From contig OZ024744.1 of the NCBI GenBank assembly GCA_964016885.1, positions 102,796,001 through 102,860,000 of the forward strand: a stretch of DNA of 64,000 nt, given 5' to 3'. The notes under the pieces were generated by a model that worked only from the letters and a program-made list of their open reading frames with translations, was not told the DNA's origin and searched no databases. Origin of the DNA: Eledone cirrhosa. Its lineage: Eukaryota. Shown here one piece after another: positions 21,601-34,600 of this stretch (positions within the stretch are counted from its first letter, which is position 1; every line of letters starts with the position of its first letter). A program made the translations under genes and the position numbers.

Positions 21601-24600
21601 CTAAAAAGTAGTCAGTATACTGTTTAAAGTGGTCCTGCTGCTATGAAACTAAAAAGTAACAAGTCTACTGTTTAAAGTGGTCCTGCTGCCATGAAACTAA
21701 AAAGTAACCAGTCTACTGTTTAAAGTGGTCCTGCTGCCATGGAACTAAAAAGTAATCAGTCTACTGTTTAAAGTGGGCCTGCTGCCATGAAACTAAAAAG
21801 TAGTCAGTCTACTGTTTAAAGTGGGCCTGCTGCTATGAAACTAAAAAGTAGTCAGTCCACTGTTTAAAGTGGTTCTGCTGCCATGAAACTAAAAAGTAAC
21901 CAGTCCACTGTTTAAAGTGGTACTGTTGCAATGAAACTAAAAAGTAACCAGTCCACTGTTTAAAGTGGTACTGTTGCAATGAAACTAAAAAGTAGTCAGT
22001 CCACTGTTTAAAGTGGTCCTGCTGCCATGAAACAAAAAGTAACCAGTCTACTGCTTAAAGTGGTCCTGTTGCCATGAAACTAAAAAGTAGTCAGTCTACT
22101 GTTTAAAGTGGTCCTGTTGCCATGAAACTAAAAAATAGTCAGTCTACTGTTTAAAGTGGTCCTGCTGCCATGAAACTAAAAAGTAACCAGTCCAGTATTT
22201 AAAGTGGTCCTGCTGCCATGAAACTAAAAATTAGTCAGTCTACTGTTTAAAGTGGTCCTGTTGCCATGAAACTAAAAAGTGGTCAGTCTACTGTTCAAAG
22301 TGGTCCTGCTGCCATGAAACTAAAAAGTAGTCAGTCTACTGTTTAACTGGTCTCGTTGCCATGAAACTAAAAAGTAACCAGTCTACTGGTCAAAGTGGTC
22401 CTGCTGCCATGAAACTAAAAAGTAGTCAGTCAACTGTTTAAAGTGGTCCTGCTGCCATGAAACTAAAAAGGAGTCAGTCTACTGTTTAAACTGGTCCTGC
22501 TGCCATGAAACTAAAAAGTAACCAGTTCCACTGTTTAAAGTGGTCCTGTTGCCATGAAACTAAAAAGTAAACAGTCTACTGTTTAAAGTGGTCCTGTTGC
22601 CATGAAACTAAAAAGTAAACAGTCTACTGTTTAAAGTGGTCCTGTTGCCTGTGAAACTAAAAAGTAACCATTCCACTGTTTAAAGTGGTCCCGCTGCCAT
22701 GAAAATAGAAAGTAACCAGCCTACTCTTTAAAGTGGTCCTGTTGCCATTAAACTAAAAAGTAACCAGTCTACTGTTTAATGTGGTCCTGCTGCCATGAAA
22801 CTAAAAAGTAGTCAGTCTACTGTTTAAAGTGGTCCTGCTGCCATGAAACTAAAAAGTAACCAGTCTACTGCTTAAAGTGGTCCTCTTGCAATGAAACTAA
22901 AAAGTAGTCAGTCTACTGTTTAAAGTGGTCCTGCTACCATGAAACTAAAAAGTAGTCAGTCTACTGTTTAAAGTGGTCCTGTTGCCATGAAACTAAAAAA
23001 TAGTCAGTCTTCTGTTTAAAGTGGTCCTGCTGCCATGAAACTAAAAAATAGTCAGAAAACTGTTTAAAGTGGTCCTGTTGCCATGAAACTCAAAAGTAAC
23101 CAGTCCACTGTTTAAAATGGTCCTGTTGCCATGAAACTAAAAAGTAGCCAGTCTACTGTTTAAAGTGGCCCTGCTGCCAGGAAACTAAAAAGTAACCATT
23201 CCACTGTTTAAAGCGGTCCTGCTGCCATGAAACTAAAAAGGAACCAGTCCACTGTTTAAAGTGGTCCTGCTGCCATGAAACTAAAAAGTAACCAGTCCAC
23301 TATTTAAAGTGGTCCTGTTGCCATGAAACTAAAAAGTAGTCAGTCCACTGTTTAAAGTGGTCCTGCTGCCATGAAACTAAAAAGTAACCAGTCTACTGCT
23401 TAAAGTGGTCCTGCTGCCATGAAACTAAAAAGTAGTCAGTCTACTGTTTAAAGTGGTCCTGTTGCCATGAAACTAAAAAATAGTCAGTCTACTGTTTAAA
23501 GTGATCCTGCTGCCATGAAACTAAAAAGTAGTCATTCTACTGGTTAAAGTGGTTATGCTGCCATGAAACTAAAAAGTAGTCAGTCTACTGGTTAAAGTGG
23601 TTATACTGCCATGAAACTAAAAAGTAGTCAGTCTACTGGTTAAAGTGATCCTGTTGCCATGAAACTAAAAAGTAGTCAGTCCACTGTTTAAACTGGTCCT
23701 GCTGCCATGAAACTAAAAAGTAACCAGTTCCACTGTTTAAATGGTACTGTTGCCATGAAACTAAAAAGTAAACAGTCTACTGTTTAAAGTGGTCCTGTTG
23801 CCGTGAAACTAAAAAGTAACCATTCCACTGTTTAAAGTGGTCCTGCTGCCATGAAACTAGAAAGTAACCAGCTTACTCTTTAAAGTGGTCCTGTTGCCAT
23901 TAAACTAAAAAGTAACCAGTCTACTGTTTAAAGTGGTCCTGCTGCCATGAAACTAAAAAGTAGTCAGTCTACTGTTTAAAGTGGTCCTGTTGCCATGAAA
24001 CTAAAAAGTAGTCAGTCTTCTGTTTAAAGTGGTCCTGCTGCCATGAAACTAAAAAGTAGTGAGTATACTGTTTAAAGTGGTCCTGCTGCCATGAAACTAA
24101 AAAGTAACCAGTCCACTGTTTAAAGTGGTCCTGCTGCCATGAAACTAAAAAGTAACCAGTCTACTGCTTAAAGTGGTTCTGTTGCCATGAAACTAAAAAG
24201 CAGTCCGTCTACTGTTTAAAGTGGTCCTGTTGCCATGAAACTCAAAAGTAACCAGTCCACTGTTTAAAATGGTCCTGTTGCCATGAAACTAAAAAGTAGC
24301 CAGTCTACTGTTTAAAGTGGTCCTGCTGCCATGAAACTAAAAAGTAACCATTCCACTGTTTGAAGCGGTCCTGCTGCCATGAAACCAAAAAGTAACCAGT
24401 CCACTGTTTAAAGTGGTCCTGCTGCATTGAAACTAAAAAGTATCCAGTTCACTATTTAAAGTGGTCCTGTTGCCATGAAACTACAAAGTAGTCAGTCCAC
24501 TGTTTAAAGTGGTCCTGCTGCCATGAAACTAAAAAGTAACCAGTCTACTGCTTAAAGTGGTCCTGCTGCCATGAAACTAAAAAGTAGTCAGTCTACTGTT

Positions 24601-27600
24601 TAAAGTGGTCCTGTTGCCATGAAACTAAAAAATAGTCAGTCTACTGTTTAAAGTGGTCCTGCTGCCATGAAACTAAAAAGTAGTCATTCTACTGGTTAAA
24701 GTGGTTATACTGCCATGAAACTAAAAAGTAGTCAGTCTACTGGTTAAAGTGATCCTGTTGCCATGAAACTAAAAAGTAGTCAGTCCACTGTTTAAACTGG
24801 TCCTGCTGCCATGAAACTAAAAAGTAACCAGTTCCACTGTTTAAAGTGGTACTGTTGCCATGAAACTAAAAAGTAAACAGTCTACTGTTTAAAGTGGTCC
24901 TGTTGCCGTGAAACTAAAAAGTAACCATTCCACTGTTTAAAGTGGTCCTGCTGCCATGAAACTAGAAAGTAACCAGCCTACTCTTTAAAGTGGTCCTGTT
25001 TCCATTAAACTAAAAAGTAACCAGTCTACTGTTTAAAGTGGTCCTGCTGCCATGAAACTAAAAAGTAGTCAGTCTACTGTTTAAAGTGGTCCTGTTGCCA
25101 TGAAACTAAAAAATAGTCAGTCTTCTGTTTAAAGTGGTCCTGCTGCCATGAAACTAAAAAGTAGTCAGTATACTGTTTAAAGTGGTCCTGCTGCTATGAA
25201 ACTAAAAAGTAGTCAGTCCACTGTTTAAAGTGGTTCTGCTGCCATGAAACTAAAAAGTAACCAGTCCACTGTTTAAAGTGGTACTGTTGCAATGAAACTA
25301 AAAAGTAACCAGTCCACTGTTTAAAGTGGTACTGTTGCAATGAAACTAAAAAGTAGTCAGTCCACTGTTTAAAGTGGTCCTGCTGCCATGAAACAAAAAG
25401 TAACCAGTCTACTGGTCAAAGTGGTCCCGCTGCCATGAAACTAAAAAGTAACCAGTCTACTGCTTAAAGTGGTCCTCTTGCAATGAAACTAAAAAGTAGT
25501 CAGTCTACTGTTTAAAGTGGTCCTGCTGCCATGAAACTAAAAAGTAGTCAGTCTACTGTTTAAAGTGGTCCTGTTGCCATGAAACTAAAAAATAGTCAGT
25601 CTTCTGTTTAAAGTGGTCCTGTTGCCATGAAACTAATAAGTAGTCAGTATACTGTTTAAAGTGGTCCTGCTGCCATGAAACTAAAAAGTAACCATTCCAC
25701 TGTTTAAAGTGGTCCTGCTGCCATGAAACTAAAAAGTAACCAGTCCACTGTTTAAAGTGGTCCTGCTGCCATGAAACTAAAAAGTAACCAGTCTACTGCT
25801 TAAAGTGGTTCTGTTGCCATGAAACTAAAAAGCAGTCCGTCTACTGTTTAAAGTGGTACTGTTGCCATGAAACTCAAAAGTAACCAGTACACTGTTTAAA
25901 ATGGTCCTGTTGCCATGAAACTAAAAAGTAGCCAGTCTACTGTTTAAAGTGGTCCTGCTGCCATGAAACTAAAAAGTAACCAGTCTACTGTTTAAAGTGG
26001 TCCTGCTGCCATGAAACTAAAAAGTAGTCATTCTACTGGTTAAAGTGGTTATGCTGCCATGAAACTAAAAAGTAGTCAGTCTACTGGTTAAAGTGGTTAT
26101 ACTGCCATGAAACTAAAAAGTAGTCAGTCTACTGGTTAAAGTGATCCTGTTGCCATGAAACTAAAAAGTAGTCAGTCCACTGTTTAAACTGGTCCTGCTG
26201 CCATGAAACTAAAAAGTAACCAGTTCCACTGTTTAAAGTGGTACTGTTGCCATGAAACTAAAAAGTAAACAGTCTACTGTTTAAAGTGGCCCTGTTGCCG
26301 TGAAACTAAAAAGTAACCATTCCACTGTTTAAAGTGGTCCTGCTGCCATGAAACTAAAAAGTAACCAGCCTACTCTTTAAAGTGGTCCTGTTGCCATTAA
26401 ACTAAAAAGTAACCAGTCTACTGTTTAAAGTGGTCCTGCTGCCATGAAACTAAAAAGTAGTCAGTCTACTGTTTAAAGTGGTCCTGTTGCCATGAAACTA
26501 AAAAATAGTCAGTCTTCTGTTTAAAGTGGTCCTGCTGCCATGAAACTAAAAAGTAGTCAGTATACTGTTTAAAGTGGTCCTGCTGCTATTAAACTAAAAA
26601 GTAACAAGTCTACTGTTTAAAGTGGTCCTGCTGCCATAAAACTAAAAAGTAACCAGTCTACTGTTTAAAGTGGTCCTGCTGCCATGGAACTAAAAAGTAA
26701 TCAGTCTACTGTTTAAAGTGGGCCTGCTGCCATGAAACTAAAAAGTAGTCAGTCTACTGTTTAAAGTGGGCCTGCTGCTATGAAACTAAAAAGTAGTCAG
26801 TCCACTGTTTAAAGTGGTTCTGCTGCCATGAAACTAAAAAGTAACCAGTCCACTGTTTAAAGTGGTACTGTTGCAATGAAACTAAAAAGTAACCAGTCCA
26901 CTGTTTAAAGTGGTACTGTTGCAATGAAACTAAAAAGTAGTCAGTCCACTGTTTAAAGTGGTCCTGCTGCCATGAAACAAAAAGTAACCAGTCTACAGCT
27001 TAAAGTGGTCCTGTTGCCATGAAACTAAAAAGTAGTCAGTCTACTGTTTAAAGTGGTCCTGTTGCCATGAAACTAAAAAATAGTCAGTCTACTGTTTAAA
27101 GTGGTCCTGCTGCCATGAAACTAAAAAGTAACCAGTCCAGTATTTAAAGTGGTCCTGCTGCCATGAAACTAAAAATTAGTCAGTCTACTGTTTAAAGTGG
27201 TCCTGTTGCCATGAAACTAAAAAGTGGTCAGTCTACTGTTCAAAGTGGTCCTGCTGCCATGAAACTAAAAAGTAGTCAGTCTACTGTTTAACTGGTCTCG
27301 TTGCCATGAAACTAAAAAGTAACCAGTCTACTGGTCAAAGTGGTCCTGCTGCCATGAAACTAAAAAGTAGTCAGTCTACTGTTTAAAGTAGCCCTGCTTC
27401 CATGCAACTAAAAAGTAGTCAGTATACTGTTTAAAGTGGTCCTGCTGCCATGAAACTAAAAAGTAACCAGACCACTGTTTAAAGTGGTCCTGCTCCCATG
27501 AAACTAAAAAGTAACCAGTCTACTGCTTAAAGTGGTTCTGTTGCCATGAAACTAAAAAGCAGTCAGTCTACTGTTTAAAGTGGTCCTGTTGCCATGAAAC

Positions 27601-28739
27601 TCAAAAGTAACCAGTCTACTGCTTAAAGTGGTCCTCTTGCAATGAAACTAAAAAGTAGTCAGTCAACTGTTTAAAGTGGTCCTGCTGCCATGAAACTAAA
27701 AAGGAGTCAGTCTACTGTTTAAACTGGTCCTGCTGCCATGAAACTAAAAAGTAACCAGTTCCACTTTTTAAAGTGGTCCTGTTGCCATGAAACTAAAAAG
27801 TAAACAGTCTACTGTTTAAAGTGGTCCTGTTGCCATGAAACTAAAAAGTAAACAGTCTACTGTTTAAAGTGGTCCTGTTGCCGTGAAACTAAAAAGTAAC
27901 CATTCCACTGTTTAAAGTGGTCCTGCTGCCATGAAAATAGAAAGTAACCAGCCTACTCTTTAAAGTGGTCCTGTTGCCATTAAACTAAAAAGTAACCAGT
28001 CTACTGTTTAATGTGGTCCTGCTGCCATGAAACTAAAAAGTAGTCAGTCTACTGTTTAAAGTGGTCCTGCTGCCATGAAACTAAAAAGTAACCAGTCTAC
28101 TGCTTAAAGTGGTCCTCTTGCAATGAAACTAAAAAGTAGTCAGTCTACTGTTTAAAGTGGTCCTGCTGCCATGAAACTAAAAAGTAGTCAGTCTACTGTT
28201 TAAAGTGGTCCTGTTGCCATGAAACTAAAAAATAGTCAGTCTTCTGTTTAAAGTGGTCCTGCTGCCATGAAACTAAAAAGTAGTCAGTATACTGTTTAAA
28301 GTGGTCCTGTTGCCATGAAACTCAAAAGTAACCAGTCCACTGTTTAAAATGGTCCTGTTGCCATGAAACTAAAAAGTAGCCAGTCTACTGTTTAAAGTGG
28401 CCCTGCTGCCAGGAAACTAAAAAGTAACCATTCCACTGTTTAAAGCGGTCCTGCTGCCATGAAACTAAAAAGTAACCAGTCCACTGTTTAAAGTGGTCCT
28501 GCTGCCATGAAACTAAAAAGTAACCAGTCCACTATTTAAAGTAGTCCTGTTGCCATGAAACTAAAAAGTAGTCAGTCCACTGTTTAAAGTGGTCCTGCTG
28601 CCATGAAACTAAAAAGTAACCAGTCTACTGCTTAAAGTGGTCCTGCTGCCATGAAACTAAAAAGTAGTCAGTCTACTGTTTAAAGTGGTCCTGTTGCCAT
28701 GAAACTAAAAAATAGTCAGTCTACTGTTTAAAGTGGTCC

Positions 28740-31700
28740 TGCTGCCATGAAACTAAAAAGTAGTCATTCTACTGGTTAAAGTGGTTATGCTGCCATGAAA
28801 CTAAAAAGTAGTCAGTCTACTGGTTAAAGTGGTTATACTGCCATGAAACTAAAAAGTAGTCAGTCTACTGGTTAAAGTGATCCTGTTGCCATGAAACTAA
28901 AAAGTAGTCAGTCCACTGTTTAAACTGGTCCTGCTGCCATGAAACTAAAAAGTAACCAGTTCCACTGTTTAAATGGTACTGTTGCCATGAAACTAAAAAG
29001 TAAACAGTCTACTGTTTAAAGTGGTCCTGTTGCCGTGAAACTAAAAAGTAACCATTCCACTGTTTAAAGCGGTCCTGCTGCCATGAAACTAAAAAGTAAC
29101 CAGTCTACTGCTTAAAGTGGTTCTGTTGCCATGAAACTAAAAAGCAGTCCGTCTACTGTTTAAAGTGGTCCTGCTGCCATGAAACTAAAAAGTAACCAGT
29201 CTACTGCTTAAAGTGGTTCTGTTGCCATGAAACTAAAAAGCAGTCCGTCTACTGTTTAAAGTGGTACTGTTGCCATGAAACTCAAAAGTAACCAGTACAC
29301 TGTTTAAAATGGTCCTGTTGCCATGAAACTAAAAAGTAGCCAGTCTACTGTTTAAAGTGGTCCTGCTGCCATGAAACTAAAAAGTAGTCATTCTACTGGT
29401 TAAAGTGGTTATGCTGCCATGAAACTAAAAAGTAGTCAGTCTACTGGTTAAAGTGGTTATACTGCCATGAAACTAAAAAGTAGTCAGTCTACTGGTAAAA
29501 GTGATCCTGTTGCCATGAAACTAAAAAGTAGTCAGTCCACTGTTTAAACTGGTCCTGCTGCCATGAAACTAAAAAGTAACCAGTTCCACTGTTTAAAGTG
29601 GTACTGTTGCCATGAAACTAAAAAGTAAACAGTCTACTGTTTAAAGTCGCCCTGTTGCCGTGAAACTAAAAAGTAACCATTCCACTGTTTAAAGTGGTCC
29701 TGCTGCCATGAAACTAAAAAGTAACCAGCCTACTCTTTAAAGTGGTCCTGTTGCCATTAAACTAAAAAGTAACCAGTCTACTGTTTAAAGTGGTCCTGCT
29801 GCCATGAAACTAAAAAGTAGTCAGTCTACTGTTTAAAGTGGTCCTGTTGCCATGAAACTAAAAAATAGTCAGTCTTCTGTTTAAAGTGGTCCTGCTGCCA
29901 TGAAACTAAAAAGTAGTCAGTATACTGTTTAAAGTGGTCCTGCTGCTATGAAACTAAAAAGTAACAAGTCTACTGTTTAAAGTGGTCCTGCTGCCATGAA
30001 ACTAAAAAGTAACCAGTCTACTGTTTAAAGTGGTCCTGCTGCCATGGAACTAAAAAGTAATCAGTCTACTGTTTAAAGTGGGCCTGCTGCCATGAAACTA
30101 AAAAGTAGTCAGTCTACTGTTTAAAGTGGGCCTGCTGCTATGAAACTAAAAAGTAGTCAGTCCACTGTTTAAAGTGGTTCTGCTGCCATGAAACTAAAAA
30201 GTAACCAGTCCACTGTTTAAAGTGGTACTGTTGCAATGAAACTAAAAAGTAACCAGTCCACTGTTTAAAGTGGTACTGTTGCAATGAAACTAAAAAGTAG
30301 TCAGTCCACTGTTTAAAGTGGTCCTGCTGCCATGAAACAAAAAGTAACCAGTCTACTGCTTAAAGTGGTCCTGTTGCCATGAAACTAAAAAGTAGTCAGT
30401 CTACTGTTTAAAGTGGTCCTGTTGCCATGAAACTAAAAAATAGTCAGTCTACTGTTTAAAGTGGTCCTGCTGCCATGAAACTAAAAAGTAACCAGTCCAG
30501 TATTTAAAGTGGTCCTGCTGCCATGAAACTAAAAATTAGTCAGTCTACTGTTTAAAGTGGTCCTGTTGCCATGAAACTAAAAAGTGGTCAGTCTACTGTT
30601 CAAAGTGGTCCTGCTGCCATGAAACTAAAAAGTAGTCAGTCTACTGTTTAACTGGTCTCGTTGCCATGAAACTAAAAAGTAACCAGTCTACTGGTCAAAG
30701 TGGTCCTGCTGCCATGAAACTAAAAAGTAGTCAGTCAACTGTTTAAAGTGGTCCTGCTGCCATGAAACTAAAAAGGAGTCAGTCTACTGTTTAAACTGGT
30801 CCTGCTGCCATGAAACTAAAAAGTAACCAGTTCCACTGTTTAAAGTGGTCCTGTTGCCATGAAACTAAAAAGTAAACAGTCTACTGTTTAAAGTGGTCCT
30901 GTTGCCATGAAACTAAAAAGTAAACAGTCTACTGTTTAAAGTGGTCCTGTTGCCGTGAAACTAAAAAGTAACCATTCCACTGTTTAAAGTGGTCCTGCTG
31001 CCATGAAAATAGAAAGTAACCAGCCTACTCTTTAAAGTGGTCCTGTTGCCATTAAACTAAAAAGTAACCAGTCTACTGTTTAATGTGGTCCTGCTGCCAT
31101 GAAACTAAAAAGTAGTCAGTCTACTGTTTAAAGTGGTCCTGCTGCCATGAAACTAAAAAGTAACCAGTCTACTGCTTAAAGTGGTCCTCTTGCAATGAAA
31201 CTAAAAAGTAGTCAGTCTACTGTTTAAAGTGGTCCTGCTGCCATGAAACTAAAAAGTAGTCAGTCTACTGTTTAAAGTGGTCCTGTTGCCATGAAACTAA
31301 AAAATAGTCAGTCTTCTGTTTAAAGTGGTCCTGCTGCCATGAAACTAAAAAATAGTCAGTATACTGTTTAAAGTGGTCCTGTTGCCATGAAACTCAAAAG
31401 TAACCAGTCCACTGTTTAAAATGGTCCTGTTGCCATGAAACTAAAAAGTAGCCAGTCTACTGTTTAAAGTGGCCCTGCTGCCAGGAAACTAAAAAGTAAC
31501 CATTCCACTGTTTAAAGCGGTCCTGCTGCCATGAAACTAAAAAGGAACCAGTCCACTGTTTAAAGTGGTCCTGCTGCCATGAAACTAAAAAGTAACCAGT
31601 CCACTATTTAAAGTGGTCCTGTTGCCATGAAACTAAAAAGTAGTCAGTCCACTGTTTAAAGTGGTCCTGCTGCCATGAAACTAAAAAGTAGTCATTCTAC

Positions 31701-34600
31701 TGGTTAAAGTGGTTATGCTGCCATGAAACTAAAAAGTAGTCAGTCTACTGGTTAAAGTGGTTATACTGCCATGAAACTAAAAAGTAGTCAGTCTACTGGT
31801 TAAAGTGATCCTGTTGCCATGAAACTAAAAAGTAGTCAGTCCACTGTTTAAACTGGTCCTGCTGCCATGAAACTAAAAAGTAACCAGTTCCACTGTTTAA
31901 ATGGTACTGTTGCCATGAAACTAAAAAGTAAACAGTCTACTGTTTAAAGTGGTCCTGTTGCCGTGAAACTAAAAAGTAACCATTCCACTGTTTAAAGCGG
32001 TCCTGCTGCCATGAAACTAAAAAGTAACCAGTCTACTGCTTAAAGTGGTTCTGTTGCCATGAAACTAAAAAGCAGTCCGTCTACTGTTTAAAGTGGTCCT
32101 GCTGCCATGAAACTAAAAAGTAACCAGTCTACTGCTTAAAGTGGTTCTGTTGCCATGAAACTAAAAAGCAGTCCGTCTACTGTTTAAAGTGGTACTGTTG
32201 CCATGAAACTCAAAAGTAACCAGTACACTGTTTAAAATGGTCCTGTTGCCATGAAACTAAAAAGTAGCCAGTCTACTGTTTAAAGTGGTCCTGCTGCCAT
32301 GAAACTAAAAAGTAGTCATTCTACTGGTTAAAGTGGTTATGCTGCCATGAAACTAAAAAGTAGTCAGTCTACTGGTTAAAGTGGTTATACTGCCATGAAA
32401 CTAAAAAGTAGTCAGTCTACTGGTAAAAGTGATCCTGTTGCCATGAAACTAAAAAGTAGTCAGTCCACTGTTTAAACTGGTCCTGCTGCCATGAAACTAA
32501 AAAGTAACCAGTTCCACTGTTTAAAGTGGTACTGTTGCCATGAAACTAAAAAGTAAACAGTCTACTGTTTAAAGTCGCCCTGTTGCCGTGAAACTAAAAA
32601 GTAACCATTCCACTGTTTAAAGTGGTCCTGCTGCCATGAAACTAAAAAGTAACCAGCCTACTCTTTAAAGTGGTCCTGTTGCCATTAAACTAAAAAGTAA
32701 CCAGTCTACTGTTTAAAGTGGTCCTGCTGCCATGAAACTAAAAAGTAGTCAGTCTACTGTTTAAAGTGGTCCTGTTGCCATGAAACTAAAAAATAGTCAG
32801 TCTTCTGTTTAAAGTGGTCCTGCTGCCATGAAACTAAAAAGTAGTCAGTATACTGTTTAAAGTGGTCCTGCTGCTATGAAACTAAAAAGTAACAAGTCTA
32901 CTGTTTAAAGTGGTCCTGCTGCCATGAAACTAAAAAGTAACCAGTCTACTGTTTAAAGTGGTCCTGCTGCCATGGAACTAAAAAGTAATCAGTCTACTGT
33001 TTAAAGTGGGCCTGCTGCCATGAAACTAAAAAGTAGTCAGTCTACTGTTTAAAGTGGGCCTGCTGCTATGAAACTAAAAAGTAGTCAGTCCACTGTTTAA
33101 AGTGGTTCTGCTGCCATGAAACTAAAAAGTAACCAGTCCACTGTTTAAAGTGGTACTGTTGCAATGAAACTAAAAAGTAACCAGTCCACTGTTTAAAGTG
33201 GTACTGTTGCAATGAAACTAAAAAGTAGTCAGTCCACTGTTTAAAGTGGTCCTGCTGCCATGAAACAAAAAGTAACCAGTCTACTGCTTAAAGTGGTCCT
33301 GTTGCCATGAAACTAAAAAGTAGTCAGTCTACTGTTTAAAGTGGTCCTGTTGCCATGAAACTAAAAAATAGTCAGTCTACTGTTTAAAGTGGTCCTGCTG
33401 CCATGAAACTAAAAAGTAACCAGTCCAGTATTTAAAGTGGTCCTGCTGCCATGAAACTAAAAATTAGTCAGTCTACTGTTTAAAGTGGTCCTGTTGCCAT
33501 GAAACTAAAAAGTGGTCAGTCTACTGTTCAAAGTGGTCCTGCTGCCATGAAACTAAAAAGTAGTCAGTCTACTGTTTAACTGGTCTCGTTGCCATGAAAC
33601 TAAAAAGTAACCAGTCTACTGGTCAAAGTGGTCCTGCTGCCATGAAACTAAAAAGTAGTCAGTCAACTGTTTAAAGTGGTCCTGCTGCCATGAAACTAAA
33701 AAGGAGTCAGTCTACTGTTTAAACTGGTCCTGCTGCCATGAAACTAAAAAGTAACCAGTTCCACTGTTTAAAGTGGTCCTGTTGCCATGAAACTAAAAAG
33801 TAAACAGTCTACTGTTTAAAGTGGTCCTGTTGCCATGAAACTAAAAAGTAAACAGTCTACTGTTTAAAGTGGTCCTGTTGCCGTGAAACTAAAAAGTAAC
33901 CATTCCACTGTTTAAAGTGGTCCTGCTGCCATGAAAATAGAAAGTAACCAGCCTACTCTTTAAAGTGGTCCTGTTGCCATTAAACTAAAAAGTAACCAGT
34001 CTACTGTTTAATGTGGTCCTGCTGCCATGAAACTAAAAAGTAGTCAGTCTACTGTTTAAAGTGGTCCTGCTGCCATGAAACTAAAAAGTAACCAGTCTAC
34101 TGCTTAAAGTGGTCCTCTTGCAATGAAACTAAAAAGTAGTCAGTCTACTGTTTAAAGTGGTCCTGCTGCCATGAAACTAAAAAGTAGTCAGTCTACTGTT
34201 TAAAGTGGTCCTGTTGCCATGAAACTAAAAAATAGTCAGTCTTCTGTTTAAAGTGGTCCTGCTGCCATGAAACTAAAAAATAGTCAGTATACTGTTTAAA
34301 GTGGTCCTGTTGCCATGAAACTCAAAAGTAACCAGTCCACTGTTTAAAATGGTCCTGTTGCCATGAAACTAAAAAGTAGCCAGTCTACTGTTTAAAGTGG
34401 CCCTGCTGCCAGGAAACTAAAAAGTAACCATTCCACTGTTTAAAGCGGTCCTGCTGCCATGAAACTAAAAAGGAACCAGTCCACTGTTTAAAGTGGTCCT
34501 GCTGCCATGAAACTAAAAAGTAACCAGTCCACTATTTAAAGTGGTCCTGTTGCCATGAAACTAAAAAGTAGTCAGTCCACTGTTTAAAGTGGTCCTGCTG
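28740..34600 (+). repeat. Near-perfect 2928-bp (61-monomer) tandem duplication within satellite B
   Basis: Rare variants recur at a constant 2928-bp offset: GGTAAAAGTGATCC at 29494/32422, GTCGCCC at 29646/32574 and GGAACC at 31544/34472. Confidence 0.88.
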
